Of a stretch of 55,038 nt of DNA, positions 16,281 through 26,628 are shown piece by piece. The notes below the pieces were generated by a model. It saw only the letters and a program-made list of their open reading frames with translations, was not told the origin of the DNA and ran no database searches. A program made the translations under genes and the position numbers. The first letter of the stretch is position 1. Every line of letters begins with the position of its first letter. This DNA is from Clostridia bacterium (GTDB taxonomy: Bacteria; Bacillota; Clostridia; Christensenellales; CAG-138), in NCBI GenBank assembly GCA_033813015.1, contig JAPXSN010000002.1:1-55038 (forward strand). Reading direction: 5' to 3'.

Positions 16281-17752
16281 GCCCGCTCCTTCCCCAGCGC
16301 ATCCGAATAGCGAAGCAGGACGGTCGTGCCGCACCCCGGCTCGCTCTCAACCTCGATGGCGCAGCCGGGATACTGGTTCATGCGCGTGCGGATGTTGGAG
16401 ATGCCAACCGAACGGCCACTCGTTTCGCCCTCGGGCGTATAGCCAACGCCGTCGTCGCGCACGCACACCTCGTAGCATCCCTCACCGCGGCGCAAAGAAA
16501 CGTGCACGGTGCCGCCGCCGACCTTGGGCTTGATGCCGTGGATGATCGCGTTTTCAACGATGGGCTGCACGGTGAGAACGGGTATGAGGAAATCCGCGTC
16601 GAACACATCGTACTCCATATTGAGCCTGCCGTCGAGCTGGATCTGGTTAATCTCAGCATAAGCGCACACGGAGCGCATCTCCTCGCGAAACGGCACGAGG
16701 CCATCCTCGGCGTTGACGCTGTCCACCTTGAAGCGCAAAAAGCGCGAGAAGTTCTCGGTCATGCGGTACGCGGCTTCCGGTTCAAAGACGATGAGCGCCT
16801 GTATGGCGTTGAGCGTGTGGTAGAAAAAGTGCGAGCTGATTTGCGTGAGCAGCACGTTCGTACGGTCGTACTCGAGCTGCTTTTGCAGCGCGTCTATGCG
16901 GCCTAACGCGGCTTCCTTCTCCATGCGGCGTATGGTCGTGTACGCCGCTGTGCCGGAGGCGACGCCAAGGCTCAGAAGCAGGCTCAGGGCGGCGCTCAGG
17001 AAGACGCTTGCGTGCTCGTACCACGGTTTTTCGGGATACACGGTAACATGCCACTGCGCGTTATAGATCGGGAACGCATAGTCAAACCCGCGGTTTAAGA
17101 CGCCGTTGCCCGAAGAAAGGATGGTCTGCTCCGCGCCGTTGTCCGGGTTCACGCGCCAGAGCCTGCACGCAAAGCCCTGCGCGTGAAGGTTCTCGACAGA
17201 GCTCATGCTGCCCAGCACATCCGGATACTTCAGCGTAACGGAAACGATGCCCCAGAAAGATCCGTCGAGATAGACCGGCAGCCTGCCCGCGATGCCCATG
17301 CCGCCCTGCACGAGACTGAACGGCCCCGCCATAATCATGGCGCCGCGCTCGATGGCGCTCTGCGCCTCCCTATCCCCTGCGCTGCCGCCGGTCAGGTCGT
17401 GGCCGACGACGTTTTCGTTGCCCTTGAGCGGGTAAACATTCGTCACGATGCCGCGCGGTGCAAGCAAGACGTTTCGTACGCCAGGCTCAGTCACCAGCAG
17501 GCGCGCCACCTTTTCAAAGCCTTCGGTGCTGCCGTTGTTCTGCACGACGAAGGCCTCGAGGGTCTTTGCCTTGCTCATCTGCGCAGAAAGCGCCTCGTAG
17601 ACCTGGACGCTGACGGTGCTGGCAATGTAACGCATCTGCTCATCCTCCCGCGCCGTCCGCCCGTGCTCAATATAGGCCGACATGCCGAGGAACACGACAA
17701 GCGCGATAAAAAAGGCGGCAACGACCGCGCCCGTGATCCTGTGTTTGCCCAT
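16277..17752 (-). CDS. Sensor histidine kinase (LytS/YesM-type His_kinase plus HATPase) with an extracytoplasmic sensor domain
   Basis: TM helix, a loop of about 250 aa (…LAPRGIVTNVYPLKGNENVVGHDL…), a second TM helix, then LTQISSHFFYHTLNAI (PF06580-type H-box) and an ATPase domain. The start at MGKHRIT (17752) is preferred; MDKK at 17785 is possible. Confidence 0.8.
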   Translation of the reverse strand: MGKHRITGAVVAAFFIALVVFLGMSAYIEHGRTAREDEQMRYIASTVSVQVYEALSAQMSKAKTLEAFVVQNNGSTEGFEKVARLLVTEPGVRNVLLAPRGIVTNVYPLKGNENVVGHDLTGGSAGDREAQSAIERGAMIMAGPFSLVQGGMGIAGRLPVYLDGSFWGIVSVTLKYPDVLGSMSSVENLHAQGFACRLWRVNPDNGAEQTILSSGNGVLNRGFDYAFPIYNAQWHVTVYPEKPWYEHASVFLSAALSLLLSLGVASGTAAYTTIRRMEKEAALGRIDALQKQLEYDRTNVLLTQISSHFFYHTLNAIQALIVFEPEAAYRMTENFSRFLRFKVDSVNAEDGLVPFREEMRSVCAYAEINQIQLDGRLNMEYDVFDADFLIPVLTVQPIVENAIIHGIKPKVGGGTVHVSLRRGEGCYEVCVRDDGVGYTPEGETSGRSVGISNIRTRMNQYPGCAIEVESEPGCGTTVLLRYSDALGKERA

Positions 17753-17857
17753 AAGCCGTCCGCCTTTCCACGCCTTTTTATCCATTATATAAAAAACGCG
17801 CGGACTGCGCAATCCGGCCCCGACTTTGCAATTGTATACCACAACCGCATTGCGCAC

Positions 17858-17886
17858 TTGACAAAATGCAATTCGACATTTATATT
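17858..17886 (+). promoter_or_regulatory. Sigma-70 promoter of the fabT-fab operon
   Basis: TTGACA (17858-17863), a 17-nt spacer, then TATATT (17881-17886). It lies about 38 nt before the fabT ATG. Confidence 0.55.
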
Positions 17887-17923
17887 TAGTTAGTCTATCT
17901 AATCTATTTGACGAGGTGAGCCC

Positions 17924-18385
17924 ATGGATGCATTCGCCGCCCAGCTCAACGGTCTGCTGGTCGATACATTCCGAACCATCCTCAAGGTCGAGGAGCAGAT
18001 GCTTAGGGACCGCCGTACACTCGACCTTTCCATCAGCGAAATGCACCTGATCGAATCGGTCGGCAAGGGCAAGGAGGATGGCCTCACCATCAGCAGCATT
18101 GCGGAGGATCTTTCGATTTCCCTGCCCTCCGTGACAGTTGCGATCAACAAGCTGCAGCTCAAGGGCTATGTGGAGAAATTCCGCGGCGAGGCGGACAGCC
18201 GCATGGTCTACGTCAAACTCACCCGCAACGGTAGGCATGTGGACGCGATGCACAGCCGTTTTCACGAGATCATGGTTGAAAACATCGCCCGCGACATGGA
18301 TGAGTCGGAAAAGGAAGCCCTCTCGAAGGGCATCGTTCGGATCAACGCCTTTTTCAAGGGCAAGCTTAAAACGGAGGTAAACTGA
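17924..18385 (+). CDS. fabT: MarR-family regulator of fatty-acid synthesis (FabT-like)
   Basis: 153 aa with a MarR wHTH (LTISSIAEDLSISLPSVTVAINKLQLKGYV). It sits immediately upstream of fabH, as in streptococcal and clostridial fab clusters. Confidence 0.7.
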   Translation: MDAFAAQLNGLLVDTFRTILKVEEQMLRDRRTLDLSISEMHLIESVGKGKEDGLTISSIAEDLSISLPSVTVAINKLQLKGYVEKFRGEADSRMVYVKLTRNGRHVDAMHSRFHEIMVENIARDMDESEKEALSKGIVRINAFFKGKLKTEVN

Positions 18386-19351
18386 GTGAGTTTTTCGCTG
18401 ATCGGCACGGGCAGCGCGTATCCCGCGCGCCGCGTGACCAACGGCGAGCTGGCAAGGCTCGTCGATACTTCGGACGAATGGATCATAGCCCGCACGGGCG
18501 TGCGCGAAAGGCGCGTGCTCACGGACGAATCGCTCGCGGATATCGCCTATTCCGCCGCGTTGCGTGCGCTTGAAGATGCGCAGGTCGCGCCGAAGGAACT
18601 GGACCTCATCGTGTGCGCCACCATTCGCAACGACTACATCACCCCTTCCCTCGCCTGCCTAATGCAAAAGCGGCTCGGCGCGACCTGCATGAGCCTGGAC
18701 ATCAACGCGGCCTGCTCGGGCTTCCTCTACGCGCTGGATGTGGCGGACGGATACTTCGCGCGGGGTCGCGTCAAAAAAACGCTCGTCATCGCGGCAGAGG
18801 CGATGTCTAAGATGCTGGACTGGACGGATCGTGCGACCTGCGTCCTTTTCGGAGACGGCGCAGGCGCAGCCGTGCTTTCGGAAGGGAACGACCTATTGTC
18901 GCTTCGCGTGTCGGCCAGCGGGAACGCGGAGCATCTGGGCATCCCCAACATCGAGGGAAACTGCCCGTTTTCGTTGCGCGAAAAGAAGCCCCAGCACGTA
19001 TACATGAATGGGCAGGAGGTCTACAAGTTCGCGGTCAACGCGCTCTGCCATGATCTCGAGGCGGCCATAGAAGATGCGGGCGTGAGGCAGGAGGACATCG
19101 CCTTCGTGCTGCCGCACCAGGCCAACAGCCGCATCATCGACGCGGCGGCGGGCAAGCTTCGCATCAGCGCGGATAAATACCTGTCCAACATCGAACGCTT
19201 CGGCAACACCTCCGCCGCGAGCATCCCCATTCTGCTCGACGAGTGCCGCAGAAAAAACATGTTTCACCTCGGCGATCTGCTTGCGCTGAGCGCCTTCGGC
19301 GGCGGTTTCACGACCGGCGCGTGCGTGCTGCGCTGGTGCAAGCAATCATAA
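18386..19351 (+). CDS. fabH: 3-oxoacyl-ACP synthase III
   Basis: 321 aa. Active-site region INAACSGFLYAL and C-terminal …LPHQANSRII…GNTSAASIP. The start codon is GTG. Confidence 0.92.
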   Translation: MSFSLIGTGSAYPARRVTNGELARLVDTSDEWIIARTGVRERRVLTDESLADIAYSAALRALEDAQVAPKELDLIVCATIRNDYITPSLACLMQKRLGATCMSLDINAACSGFLYALDVADGYFARGRVKKTLVIAAEAMSKMLDWTDRATCVLFGDGAGAAVLSEGNDLLSLRVSASGNAEHLGIPNIEGNCPFSLREKKPQHVYMNGQEVYKFAVNALCHDLEAAIEDAGVRQEDIAFVLPHQANSRIIDAAAGKLRISADKYLSNIERFGNTSAASIPILLDECRRKNMFHLGDLLALSAFGGGFTTGACVLRWCKQS

Positions 19352-19376
19352 ATACATCTTCAAGGGAGGCAAAACC

Positions 19377-19610
19377 ATGGTGTTTGACAAAGTAGCCCAA
19401 ATCCTCGCGGAGTTCAAAGGAACAGACGCCGCGAGCATCACCCCTGAGACCACCTTCGCGCAGTTCGAGCTCGACTCGCTCGACCGGGTGCAGCTCATCA
19501 TGAACCTCGAGGAGATTTTCAGCGTGCAGATCGACATAGAGAGCCGCATCGAGTGCGTGCGGGATCTCGTGGAGATCATCGAGAAGCAGCTCCCCGGAGG
19601 GGACGCCTGA
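19377..19610 (+). CDS. acpP: Acyl carrier protein
   Basis: 77 aa with the phosphopantetheine site motif ELDSLDRVQL. Confidence 0.9.
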   Translation: MVFDKVAQILAEFKGTDAASITPETTFAQFELDSLDRVQLIMNLEEIFSVQIDIESRIECVRDLVEIIEKQLPGGDA

Positions 19611-20554
19611 TGAGAACCGCGCTCTGCGATCTGCTCAACATCGAGCAGCCTATCCTTCAAGGCGGCATGGCCTGGGTGGCGGACGCCTCGCTCGCATCCG
19701 CCGTGAGCAACGGCGGCGGCCTCGGGATCATCGCGGCGATGAACGCCAACGCGGACTGGCTTCGCAACGAAATCCGCTGCGCGCGCAACCTCACGGATAA
19801 GCCATTCGGCGTGAACATCATGCTCATGAGCCCCTTCGCGGACGACGTAGCCAAGGTGGTCGCCGACGAGCGCGTAAGCGTCGTGACGACGGGCGCGGGT
19901 ATGCCCACGAAATACATGCGCGCGTGGCTCGACGCGGGCGTCAAGGTGGTGCCCGTGGTGTCCTCGGTCGCCATCGCCAAGCTCGTGGCCCGAAACGGCG
20001 CGTGCGCGGTCATCGCCGAGGGCGGCGAATCCGGAGGCCATGTGGGCGAGCTGACCACGATGACGCTCGTGCCGCAGGTCTGCGACGCTGTGGACATGCC
20101 CGTGATCGCGGCGGGAGGCATCGCGGATGGGCGCGGCGTGGCCGCGGCGTTCATGCTCGGCGCCGTCGGCGTGCAAGTAGGCACGCGTTTCCTCGTGGCA
20201 AACGAATGTACCATCCATCAGAACTACAAGAACATGATACTCGCGGCCAAGGACATCGACACGGCCACGGCCGGCAAGCGCCTCGGGCACCCCGTGCGCG
20301 CGATGCGAAACAGCTTCATGCGCGAGTTCATCCGGCGCGAGTATGACAGCAACGTTTCCAACGAGGAGCTTGAGGCCTACGGCGCGGGCGCGTTGCGGCT
20401 CGCTGCGCGCGAGGGCGACGTAAAAAACGGCAGCGTCATGGCCGGCCAATCCTCTGGCCTCGTGAAGAAGGAGCAACCCGCGGCGGAGATTATCCGTGAG
20501 ATGATGGCCGAGGCCGAGGCGCTTTTGAAGGGAGGCGCGTCGTTTTGCGGATAG
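19610..20554 (+). CDS. fabK: Enoyl-ACP reductase II (FMN-dependent, nitronate monooxygenase fold)
   Basis: MRTALCDLLNIEQPILQGGMAWVADASLASAVSNGGGLGIIA is a FabK-type N-terminus. The ATG overlaps the acpP stop (TGATG). Confidence 0.88.
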   Translation: MRTALCDLLNIEQPILQGGMAWVADASLASAVSNGGGLGIIAAMNANADWLRNEIRCARNLTDKPFGVNIMLMSPFADDVAKVVADERVSVVTTGAGMPTKYMRAWLDAGVKVVPVVSSVAIAKLVARNGACAVIAEGGESGGHVGELTTMTLVPQVCDAVDMPVIAAGGIADGRGVAAAFMLGAVGVQVGTRFLVANECTIHQNYKNMILAAKDIDTATAGKRLGHPVRAMRNSFMREFIRREYDSNVSNEELEAYGAGALRLAAREGDVKNGSVMAGQSSGLVKKEQPAAEIIREMMAEAEALLKGGASFCG

Positions 20555-21462
20555 CCTTCCTGTTCGCGGGGCAGGGCGCGCAGTATGCCGGCATGGGGCG
20601 GGAGCTCTGCGAGGTTTCGGGCGCTGCGGCTGCGGTTTTCGCCATGGCGGACGCACTGCGTCCGGGCACGAGCGAACAATGCGCCCATGCTTCTAAAGAA
20701 GAGCTTTCGCAGACCCTCAACACGCAGCCCTGCGTGTTCGCGGCGGATCTCGCCGCGGCGCGCGCTCTCGCGGAAAACGGTATTGAACCGGATTTCGCGG
20801 CGGGTTTTTCGCTCGGCGAGCTGGCAGCGCTGACCTTCGCAGGCGCTTTTCGTGATGCGGACGGATTCCGGCTTGTGATGAGGCGCGCGGAGCTCATGCA
20901 GGCGCAGGCTGAACGTACGCCCTCAGGCATGGCGGCGGCGCTCGGCCTCGCGACGGAGCAGATCGAGGCGCTCTGCGGGGAATGCGGCGTTTATCCGGTC
21001 AACTACAATTGCCCCGGCCAGGTGGTGGTCGCAGGCGAACACGAGAAGCTTCGCGCGTTTTGCGCGCGACTCCCCGAGCACGGCGGAAAAGCGCTGCCCC
21101 TCGCGGTGAGCGGCGGCTTCCACTCTCCTGTGATGGCGGATGCGGCGGCGGATTTTGAAACGGAATTATCTTATTATTCATTCCATGCGCTCGCCTGCCC
21201 CGTCTACGCCAACCGCACGGGGCTGCCCTATCGCCCGCCCTTCGTGCAAACGCTCGCGCGACAGATCGATTCCCCCGTGCTGTGGGAAAAGACGATCCTT
21301 AACCTGCTTTCGCAGGGAGCGGATACGTTCGTCGAGCTTGGGCCGGGAAGGACGCTGTGCGGCTTTATGAAGAAAATAGCGCCGAACGTTCGGGCAGTCT
21401 ATCACGTACAAGATCGCGCAAGTCTGAACGAAACGCTTTTTGCGCTTAAAATGGGAGGCTAG
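20545..21462 (+). CDS. fabD: Malonyl-CoA:ACP transacylase
   Basis: Contains FLFAGQGAQYAGMG and the active-site motif GFSLGE. The start codon is TTG. Confidence 0.9.
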   Translation: MRIAFLFAGQGAQYAGMGRELCEVSGAAAAVFAMADALRPGTSEQCAHASKEELSQTLNTQPCVFAADLAAARALAENGIEPDFAAGFSLGELAALTFAGAFRDADGFRLVMRRAELMQAQAERTPSGMAAALGLATEQIEALCGECGVYPVNYNCPGQVVVAGEHEKLRAFCARLPEHGGKALPLAVSGGFHSPVMADAAADFETELSYYSFHALACPVYANRTGLPYRPPFVQTLARQIDSPVLWEKTILNLLSQGADTFVELGPGRTLCGFMKKIAPNVRAVYHVQDRASLNETLFALKMGG

Positions 21463-21463
21463 C

Positions 21464-22204
21464 ATGCTCGAGGGAAAAACGGCCATCGTCACCGGCGCTT
21501 CGCGCGGCATAGGCAGAGCCATTGCGCTTGCCCTTGCGGCACAAGGCGCGAGCATCGCGCTCGTCTATGCGGGCAACGAAGCCGCTGCGGCCGAGGCGCT
21601 CGCGCTCATCCGCAGCGAAGGTGCGCGAGCGGAAGCCTATCGGTGCGACGTTTCGGATTTCGCCGCGTCGAAGGCCGCGGTGGAGCAGATCCTTCGCGAT
21701 TTCAGCGGTGCGGACATCCTCGTCAACAATGCCGGGATCACGCGCGACGGTTTGCTGCTCACCACGAAGGAGGCGGATTTCGACGCGGTGGTCGACACCA
21801 GCCTCAAGGGTGCGTTTAACATGCTCAAGCACATCGCGCCGCATTTCATCAAAAAGCGCGGCGGTCGAATCATCAACATCAGCTCCATCGCGGGGCTGGT
21901 CGGCAACGCGGGTCAGACCAATTATTCGGCGGCGAAGGCAGGGCTTATCGGCCTGACCAAAGCCGCCGCCAAGGAACTCGCGCCGCGCGGCATCACCTGC
22001 AACGCCATCGCACCCGGCCTGATCCAAACAGACATGACCGACGCCATGCCCGAGGGCGCGCACGCCGCGTTCCTCGCCGCTATCCCGCTCAAACGCATCG
22101 GCCAGGCGCAGGAAGTGGCTGCGCTCGCAGCGTTCCTGTGCGGCCCGGGTGCCGGATACATCACGGGCGAGGTCATCCGCGTGGACGGCGGGCTCGCTAT
22201 GTAG
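21464..22204 (+). CDS. fabG: 3-oxoacyl-ACP reductase
   Basis: SDR with MLEGKTAIVTGASRGIGRAIAL and …NYSAAKAG…. The start is the internal ATG of ORF 21440. Confidence 0.9.
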   Translation: MLEGKTAIVTGASRGIGRAIALALAAQGASIALVYAGNEAAAAEALALIRSEGARAEAYRCDVSDFAASKAAVEQILRDFSGADILVNNAGITRDGLLLTTKEADFDAVVDTSLKGAFNMLKHIAPHFIKKRGGRIINISSIAGLVGNAGQTNYSAAKAGLIGLTKAAAKELAPRGITCNAIAPGLIQTDMTDAMPEGAHAAFLAAIPLKRIGQAQEVAALAAFLCGPGAGYITGEVIRVDGGLAM

Positions 22205-22262
22205 CTCCGCACCGGACGGAAGAGTCCGGCAAAACAAGCTAAAAACATAAGGAAGTATCGAT

Positions 22263-23504
22263 ATGAGACGAGTCGTCATCACAGGCATGGGCGTCATTTC
22301 CCCGCTGGGGAACACGCTTGCAGATTATTGGAGCGGCCTGAAGGAAGGCCGCTGCGGCATCGACTTCATCACGAAGTATGACACGGCCGAAAGCAAGGTT
22401 AAAATAGCCGCCGAAGTAAAGGGCTTCGACCCCACGCTCTACATGGAAAAAAGCGAGGTTCGCAAAACCGATCTGTTCGCGCAGTACGCCATGGCGGCTG
22501 CCGTACAGGCGGTCGCGGACAGCGCGCTTGAAATGCGCGATCCGACTAGGCTCGGCGTATACATGGCATCCGGCATCGGCGGGCTCAACACGCTCATGAC
22601 GGAGCATCAGAAGCTGCTCGAAAAGGGCATGCGCTGGGTATCCCCGCACTTCATACCGATGTTAATCTCCAACATAGCCGCGGGCATTATCGCCATACGA
22701 TTTCAGGCGACCGGTCCCTGCCTGTCCGTGGTCACGGCCTGCGCCAGCTCTTCACACGCCATAGGTGAGGCGTTCCGCGCCATCAAGCACGGCTACGCGG
22801 ACGCGATCATCGCGGGCGGCTCCGAGGCCGTGATCAATCCGCTTTCTGTCGCGGGCTTCACGAACTGCATGGCGCTTTCTTTGAAGAACGACCCGCAGCA
22901 GAGCTCCATCCCCTTCGATAAACGGCGCGACGGCTTCGTGATGGGCGAGGGCGCAGGTGCGCTCATCCTCGAGGAATACGAGCGCGCGAAGGCGCGCGGC
23001 GCACACATCTACGCGGAGATCGCGGGCTACGGCAACACCTGCGATGCATACCACGTCACGGCTCCGCGGCCCGAGCCCGAATGCGCCGCCGAGGCCATTC
23101 ACCTCGCCATGCGGGAAGCCGGTCTCGGCACGGACTGCACAGAAAGTCTTTACATCAACGCGCATGGTACGAGCACGCCGCTCAACGACAAGGCGGAGAC
23201 CCTCGCCATCAAGCGCGCGCTGGGCAATGCTGCGTATGCCACACTCGTGAGCTCCACAAAATCCATGACGGGGCACATGCTCGGCGCGGCCGGAGCGGCA
23301 GAGGCCATCGCCGCAATCAAGACGCTCGGGGAAGGCATCGTTCCACCGACCATTGGCTATGCTGAGCCTGACCCTGAGTGCGACCTCGACGTGGTGCCCA
23401 ACCGCGCGAGAAAGGCTGAACTTTCCGCCGCGCTTTCGCTCTCGCTCGGCTTTGGCGGCCACAATGCCTGTCTCGCCTTCGTCAAAGCGGAGCGGGAGGC
23501 ATGA
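22263..23504 (+). CDS. fabF: 3-oxoacyl-ACP synthase II
   Basis: 413 aa. MRRVVITGMGVISPLG, active-site ACASS, and …HGTSTPLND…GHMLGAAG. Confidence 0.92.
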   Translation: MRRVVITGMGVISPLGNTLADYWSGLKEGRCGIDFITKYDTAESKVKIAAEVKGFDPTLYMEKSEVRKTDLFAQYAMAAAVQAVADSALEMRDPTRLGVYMASGIGGLNTLMTEHQKLLEKGMRWVSPHFIPMLISNIAAGIIAIRFQATGPCLSVVTACASSSHAIGEAFRAIKHGYADAIIAGGSEAVINPLSVAGFTNCMALSLKNDPQQSSIPFDKRRDGFVMGEGAGALILEEYERAKARGAHIYAEIAGYGNTCDAYHVTAPRPEPECAAEAIHLAMREAGLGTDCTESLYINAHGTSTPLNDKAETLAIKRALGNAAYATLVSSTKSMTGHMLGAAGAAEAIAAIKTLGEGIVPPTIGYAEPDPECDLDVVPNRARKAELSAALSLSLGFGGHNACLAFVKAEREA

Positions 23505-23505
23505 T

Positions 23506-23943
<438 letters not shown>

Positions 23944-23944
23944 C

Positions 23945-24373
23945 ATGGATAGAGAAGAGCTAAAAGCGGTACTCCCGCACCGGGAACCGATGCTTCTCGT
24001 GGACGAGGCGGAGCTCGTCTCCCCGGGAAAGGCGCGCGGCAGCTATCGCGTACGCGGAGACGAATGGTTTTTGCAGGGTCACTTTCCGGGCAACCCGGTC
24101 GTGCCCGGCGTAATCCTGTGCGAAATCATGGCGCAAGCCTCGTGCCTGCTCGTCCCCGGCGGGACGGAAGGCTTTACCCCCTATCTCACGGGGCTTGAGC
24201 GCGCGCGCTTTCGTCAGAAGGTGCTGCCCGGTGATGTCATTCTCATCGAAAGCGCGCTTGAGCGGGAAAAGCCTCCCTTTTATTTCGTTAAGGCGCAGGC
24301 GAGCGTCCAAGGCCGGATATGCGCAGGCGCGGAGTTTTCCTTTATGCTCGCACGCGCCGCAAAACCGCAATGA
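23945..24373 (+). CDS. fabZ: 3-hydroxyacyl-ACP dehydratase
   Basis: LPHREPMLLVDE…FLQGHFPGNPVVPGVILCE is the FabZ hot-dog signature. Confidence 0.9.
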   Translation: MDREELKAVLPHREPMLLVDEAELVSPGKARGSYRVRGDEWFLQGHFPGNPVVPGVILCEIMAQASCLLVPGGTEGFTPYLTGLERARFRQKVLPGDVILIESALEREKPPFYFVKAQASVQGRICAGAEFSFMLARAAKPQ

Positions 24374-24420
24374 CGCTTTTTCCGCACCGGAAGCGGCGTG
24401 AAAAAAGGATGTGAAAGCAT

Positions 24421-25755
24421 TTGTTTTCTAAGATATTGATCGCCAACCGCGGCGAGATCGCCGTGCGCATTATCCGCGCATGCAAGGAAATGGGCATCTC
24501 AACGGTGGCTGTGTTCTCAGAGGCCGACCGCGACGCGCTGCATGTGAGCCTCGCAGACGAGAGCATTTGCATTGGCCCTGCCAAAGCCAAGGACAGCTAC
24601 CTGAACATGTCGGCCATACTCTCCGCGGCGGTAGTATCGGGCGCGGAGGCCATCCACCCGGGCTACGGCCTGCTCTCCGAGAACGCGCGCTTCGCGCAGC
24701 TCTGCCGCGAGTGCGGCGTAGAATTTATCGGCCCTTCGGCTGAAGTGCTCGCCCGTATGGGCGACAAGAACGAGGCGCGGCGCGCCATGCGCGAGGCGGG
24801 CGTGCCCGTCATACCTGGAAGCCCTGTCGTTTCCGCGCCGGAGGCGGCGCGCGAAGCTGCCGAGGAGATTGGCTATCCGCTGCTCATCAAAGCGCGTGCG
24901 GGCGGCGGCGGACGCGGCATACGCCTCGTCGAATCTCCCGATGCGCTCGAGCACGCCTTTTTTGCCGCATGCGCGGAGGCGCAGAGCGCGTTCGGCGACG
25001 GCGCGGTCTACCTCGAAAAATACCTGAACCCCGTCAAGCACATCGAGGTGCAGCTTCTGTGCGACCGCCACGGCGGCGTCGTGTGCTTGGGCGAGCGCGA
25101 ATGCTCCATCCAGCGCAAAAACCAGAAGCTTGTTGAAGAAAGCCCCTCCCCCGCCGTATCGCCCGAGCTTCGCGGCCGCCTGACGGAAATCTGCACCCGC
25201 GCGGCAAAGGCTGTGGGATACGTCAACGCGGGCACCATCGAGTTCCTGCTCGACCGGAACGGCGACTTTTACTTCATGGAAATGAACACGCGCCTGCAGG
25301 TGGAGCATCCGGTCACAGAAATGGTCACGGGCATTGACCTCGTCAAGTGGCAGATACGCGTGGCGGCTGGCCTCCCCCTGTCGTTTTCGCAGGTGGACAT
25401 CGCGCTGCAGGGCTGCGCCATCGAATGCCGCATCAACGCCGAGGATCCAGCGCGCGACTTTTGCCCTTCCTGCGGCCGCGTGACGTTGCTGCACGTGCCG
25501 GGCGGGCCGTGGGTGAGGATGGATACGGCGCTGTATCAGGATTATGTCGTGCCGCCCTACTATGACTCCATGATCGCAAAGCTTATTGTGCACGCAAAAA
25601 CGCGCGAGGAAGCCCTGCGCAAGATGCAGGCGGCGCTCTGTGAACTGGTCATAGAGGGTATCGCGCACAACGGCGAGTTGCAGATGGAGATCCTCTCCAC
25701 CAGGCGGTTCTCTTCCGGCAGCTATACGACCGATTTTATGACCAAGCGAGGATAA
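24421..25755 (+). CDS. accC: Acetyl-CoA carboxylase biotin carboxylase subunit
   Basis: MFSKILIANRGEIAVRIIRAC…, an ATP-grasp domain, and EMNTRLQVEHPVTE. The start codon is TTG. Confidence 0.92.
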   Translation: MFSKILIANRGEIAVRIIRACKEMGISTVAVFSEADRDALHVSLADESICIGPAKAKDSYLNMSAILSAAVVSGAEAIHPGYGLLSENARFAQLCRECGVEFIGPSAEVLARMGDKNEARRAMREAGVPVIPGSPVVSAPEAAREAAEEIGYPLLIKARAGGGGRGIRLVESPDALEHAFFAACAEAQSAFGDGAVYLEKYLNPVKHIEVQLLCDRHGGVVCLGERECSIQRKNQKLVEESPSPAVSPELRGRLTEICTRAAKAVGYVNAGTIEFLLDRNGDFYFMEMNTRLQVEHPVTEMVTGIDLVKWQIRVAAGLPLSFSQVDIALQGCAIECRINAEDPARDFCPSCGRVTLLHVPGGPWVRMDTALYQDYVVPPYYDSMIAKLIVHAKTREEALRKMQAALCELVIEGIAHNGELQMEILSTRRFSSGSYTTDFMTKRG

Positions 25756-25758
25756 ACT

Positions 25759-26628
25759 ATGCTCGGAAAAGGCATTTTCAAAAAACCGAAAAACGCGCTG
25801 GAGGCCGACCCCTTCGGGACGGACGCGAAGAAGCCCGCGGCCTCCGGGGAACCGTGCGTGAAGTGCCCCGCTTGCAAGGCGGTACTCTTCCTTTGCGATC
25901 TCGCGGCAAACGACAAGGTTTGCCCGCGCTGCGGCGCGTATTTCCGCATGGGCGCGCGGGAGAGACTCGCTAGCGTCTGCGACGCGGGTTCGTTCCTCGA
26001 GCTGTTTTCCAACGTCGTTTCCGCAGACCCGCTGCGCTTTCCTGATTATGAAAGCAAGCTCGAGCAGGCGCGCGCGCGCAGCGGGGAACCCGAGGGCGTC
26101 GTCTGCGGCACTGCGTGCGTGGACGGCACACCGCTGGCGATCTTCGCCATGGAGCCGGATTTCATGCTGGGCAGCATGGGTTCGGCGCTCGGCGAAAAGG
26201 TGACGCTGCTCTTTGAAGAGGCGGTGCGAAGCCGCCTGCCCGTCGTCGGCTTCACGGTATCCGGCGGCGCGCGCATGCAGGAGGGCATCCTCTCACTGAT
26301 GCAAATGGCAAAGACCAGCGGCGCTGTCAAACGGCACGGAGACGCGGGGCTACTCTACATCTGCGTGCTCACCGACCCCACGACGGGCGGCGTGACGGCG
26401 AGCTTCGCCATGCAGGGCGACATCACGCTCGCGGAGCCCGGCGCACTCATCGGTTTTGCGGGGCCGCGCGTGATCGAGCAGACCATTCGTCAAAAGCTGC
26501 CAGAGCGCTTCCAGAGCGCGGAGTTCCTGCTTGAAAAGGGCTTCGTGGACGCCATCGTGGAGCGCCGCGAAATAAAGCGCACGCTCTCGCTGCTCTTAAA
26601 GCTACACAGCGGGGAGGCGACCGCATGA
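25759..26628 (+). CDS. accD: Acetyl-CoA carboxylase carboxyltransferase beta subunit
   Basis: Zn-ribbon CPACKAVLF…CPRCGAYFRM and the carboxyltransferase motif SGGARMQEG. Confidence 0.9.
   Translation: MLGKGIFKKPKNALEADPFGTDAKKPAASGEPCVKCPACKAVLFLCDLAANDKVCPRCGAYFRMGARERLASVCDAGSFLELFSNVVSADPLRFPDYESKLEQARARSGEPEGVVCGTACVDGTPLAIFAMEPDFMLGSMGSALGEKVTLLFEEAVRSRLPVVGFTVSGGARMQEGILSLMQMAKTSGAVKRHGDAGLLYICVLTDPTTGGVTASFAMQGDITLAEPGALIGFAGPRVIEQTIRQKLPERFQSAEFLLEKGFVDAIVERREIKRTLSLLLKLHSGEATA

Noticed and set aside
17887-17923. A candidate FabT operator in TAGTTAGTCTATCTAATCTATTTGAC, just downstream of the fabT -10.
   Set aside because: There is only a 4-bp inverted repeat (TTAG…CTAA), and no match to the streptococcal FabT palindrome as I remember it. 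The evidence is insufficient to call a site.
17753-18265. An N-terminal extension of the histidine-kinase ORF (the track gives 662 aa reaching 18265) that overlaps fabT on the opposite strand.
   Set aside because: The extension has no kinase or signal features and runs through the fabT promoter and coding region. The first TM helix follows MGKHRIT, which has a plausible RBS.
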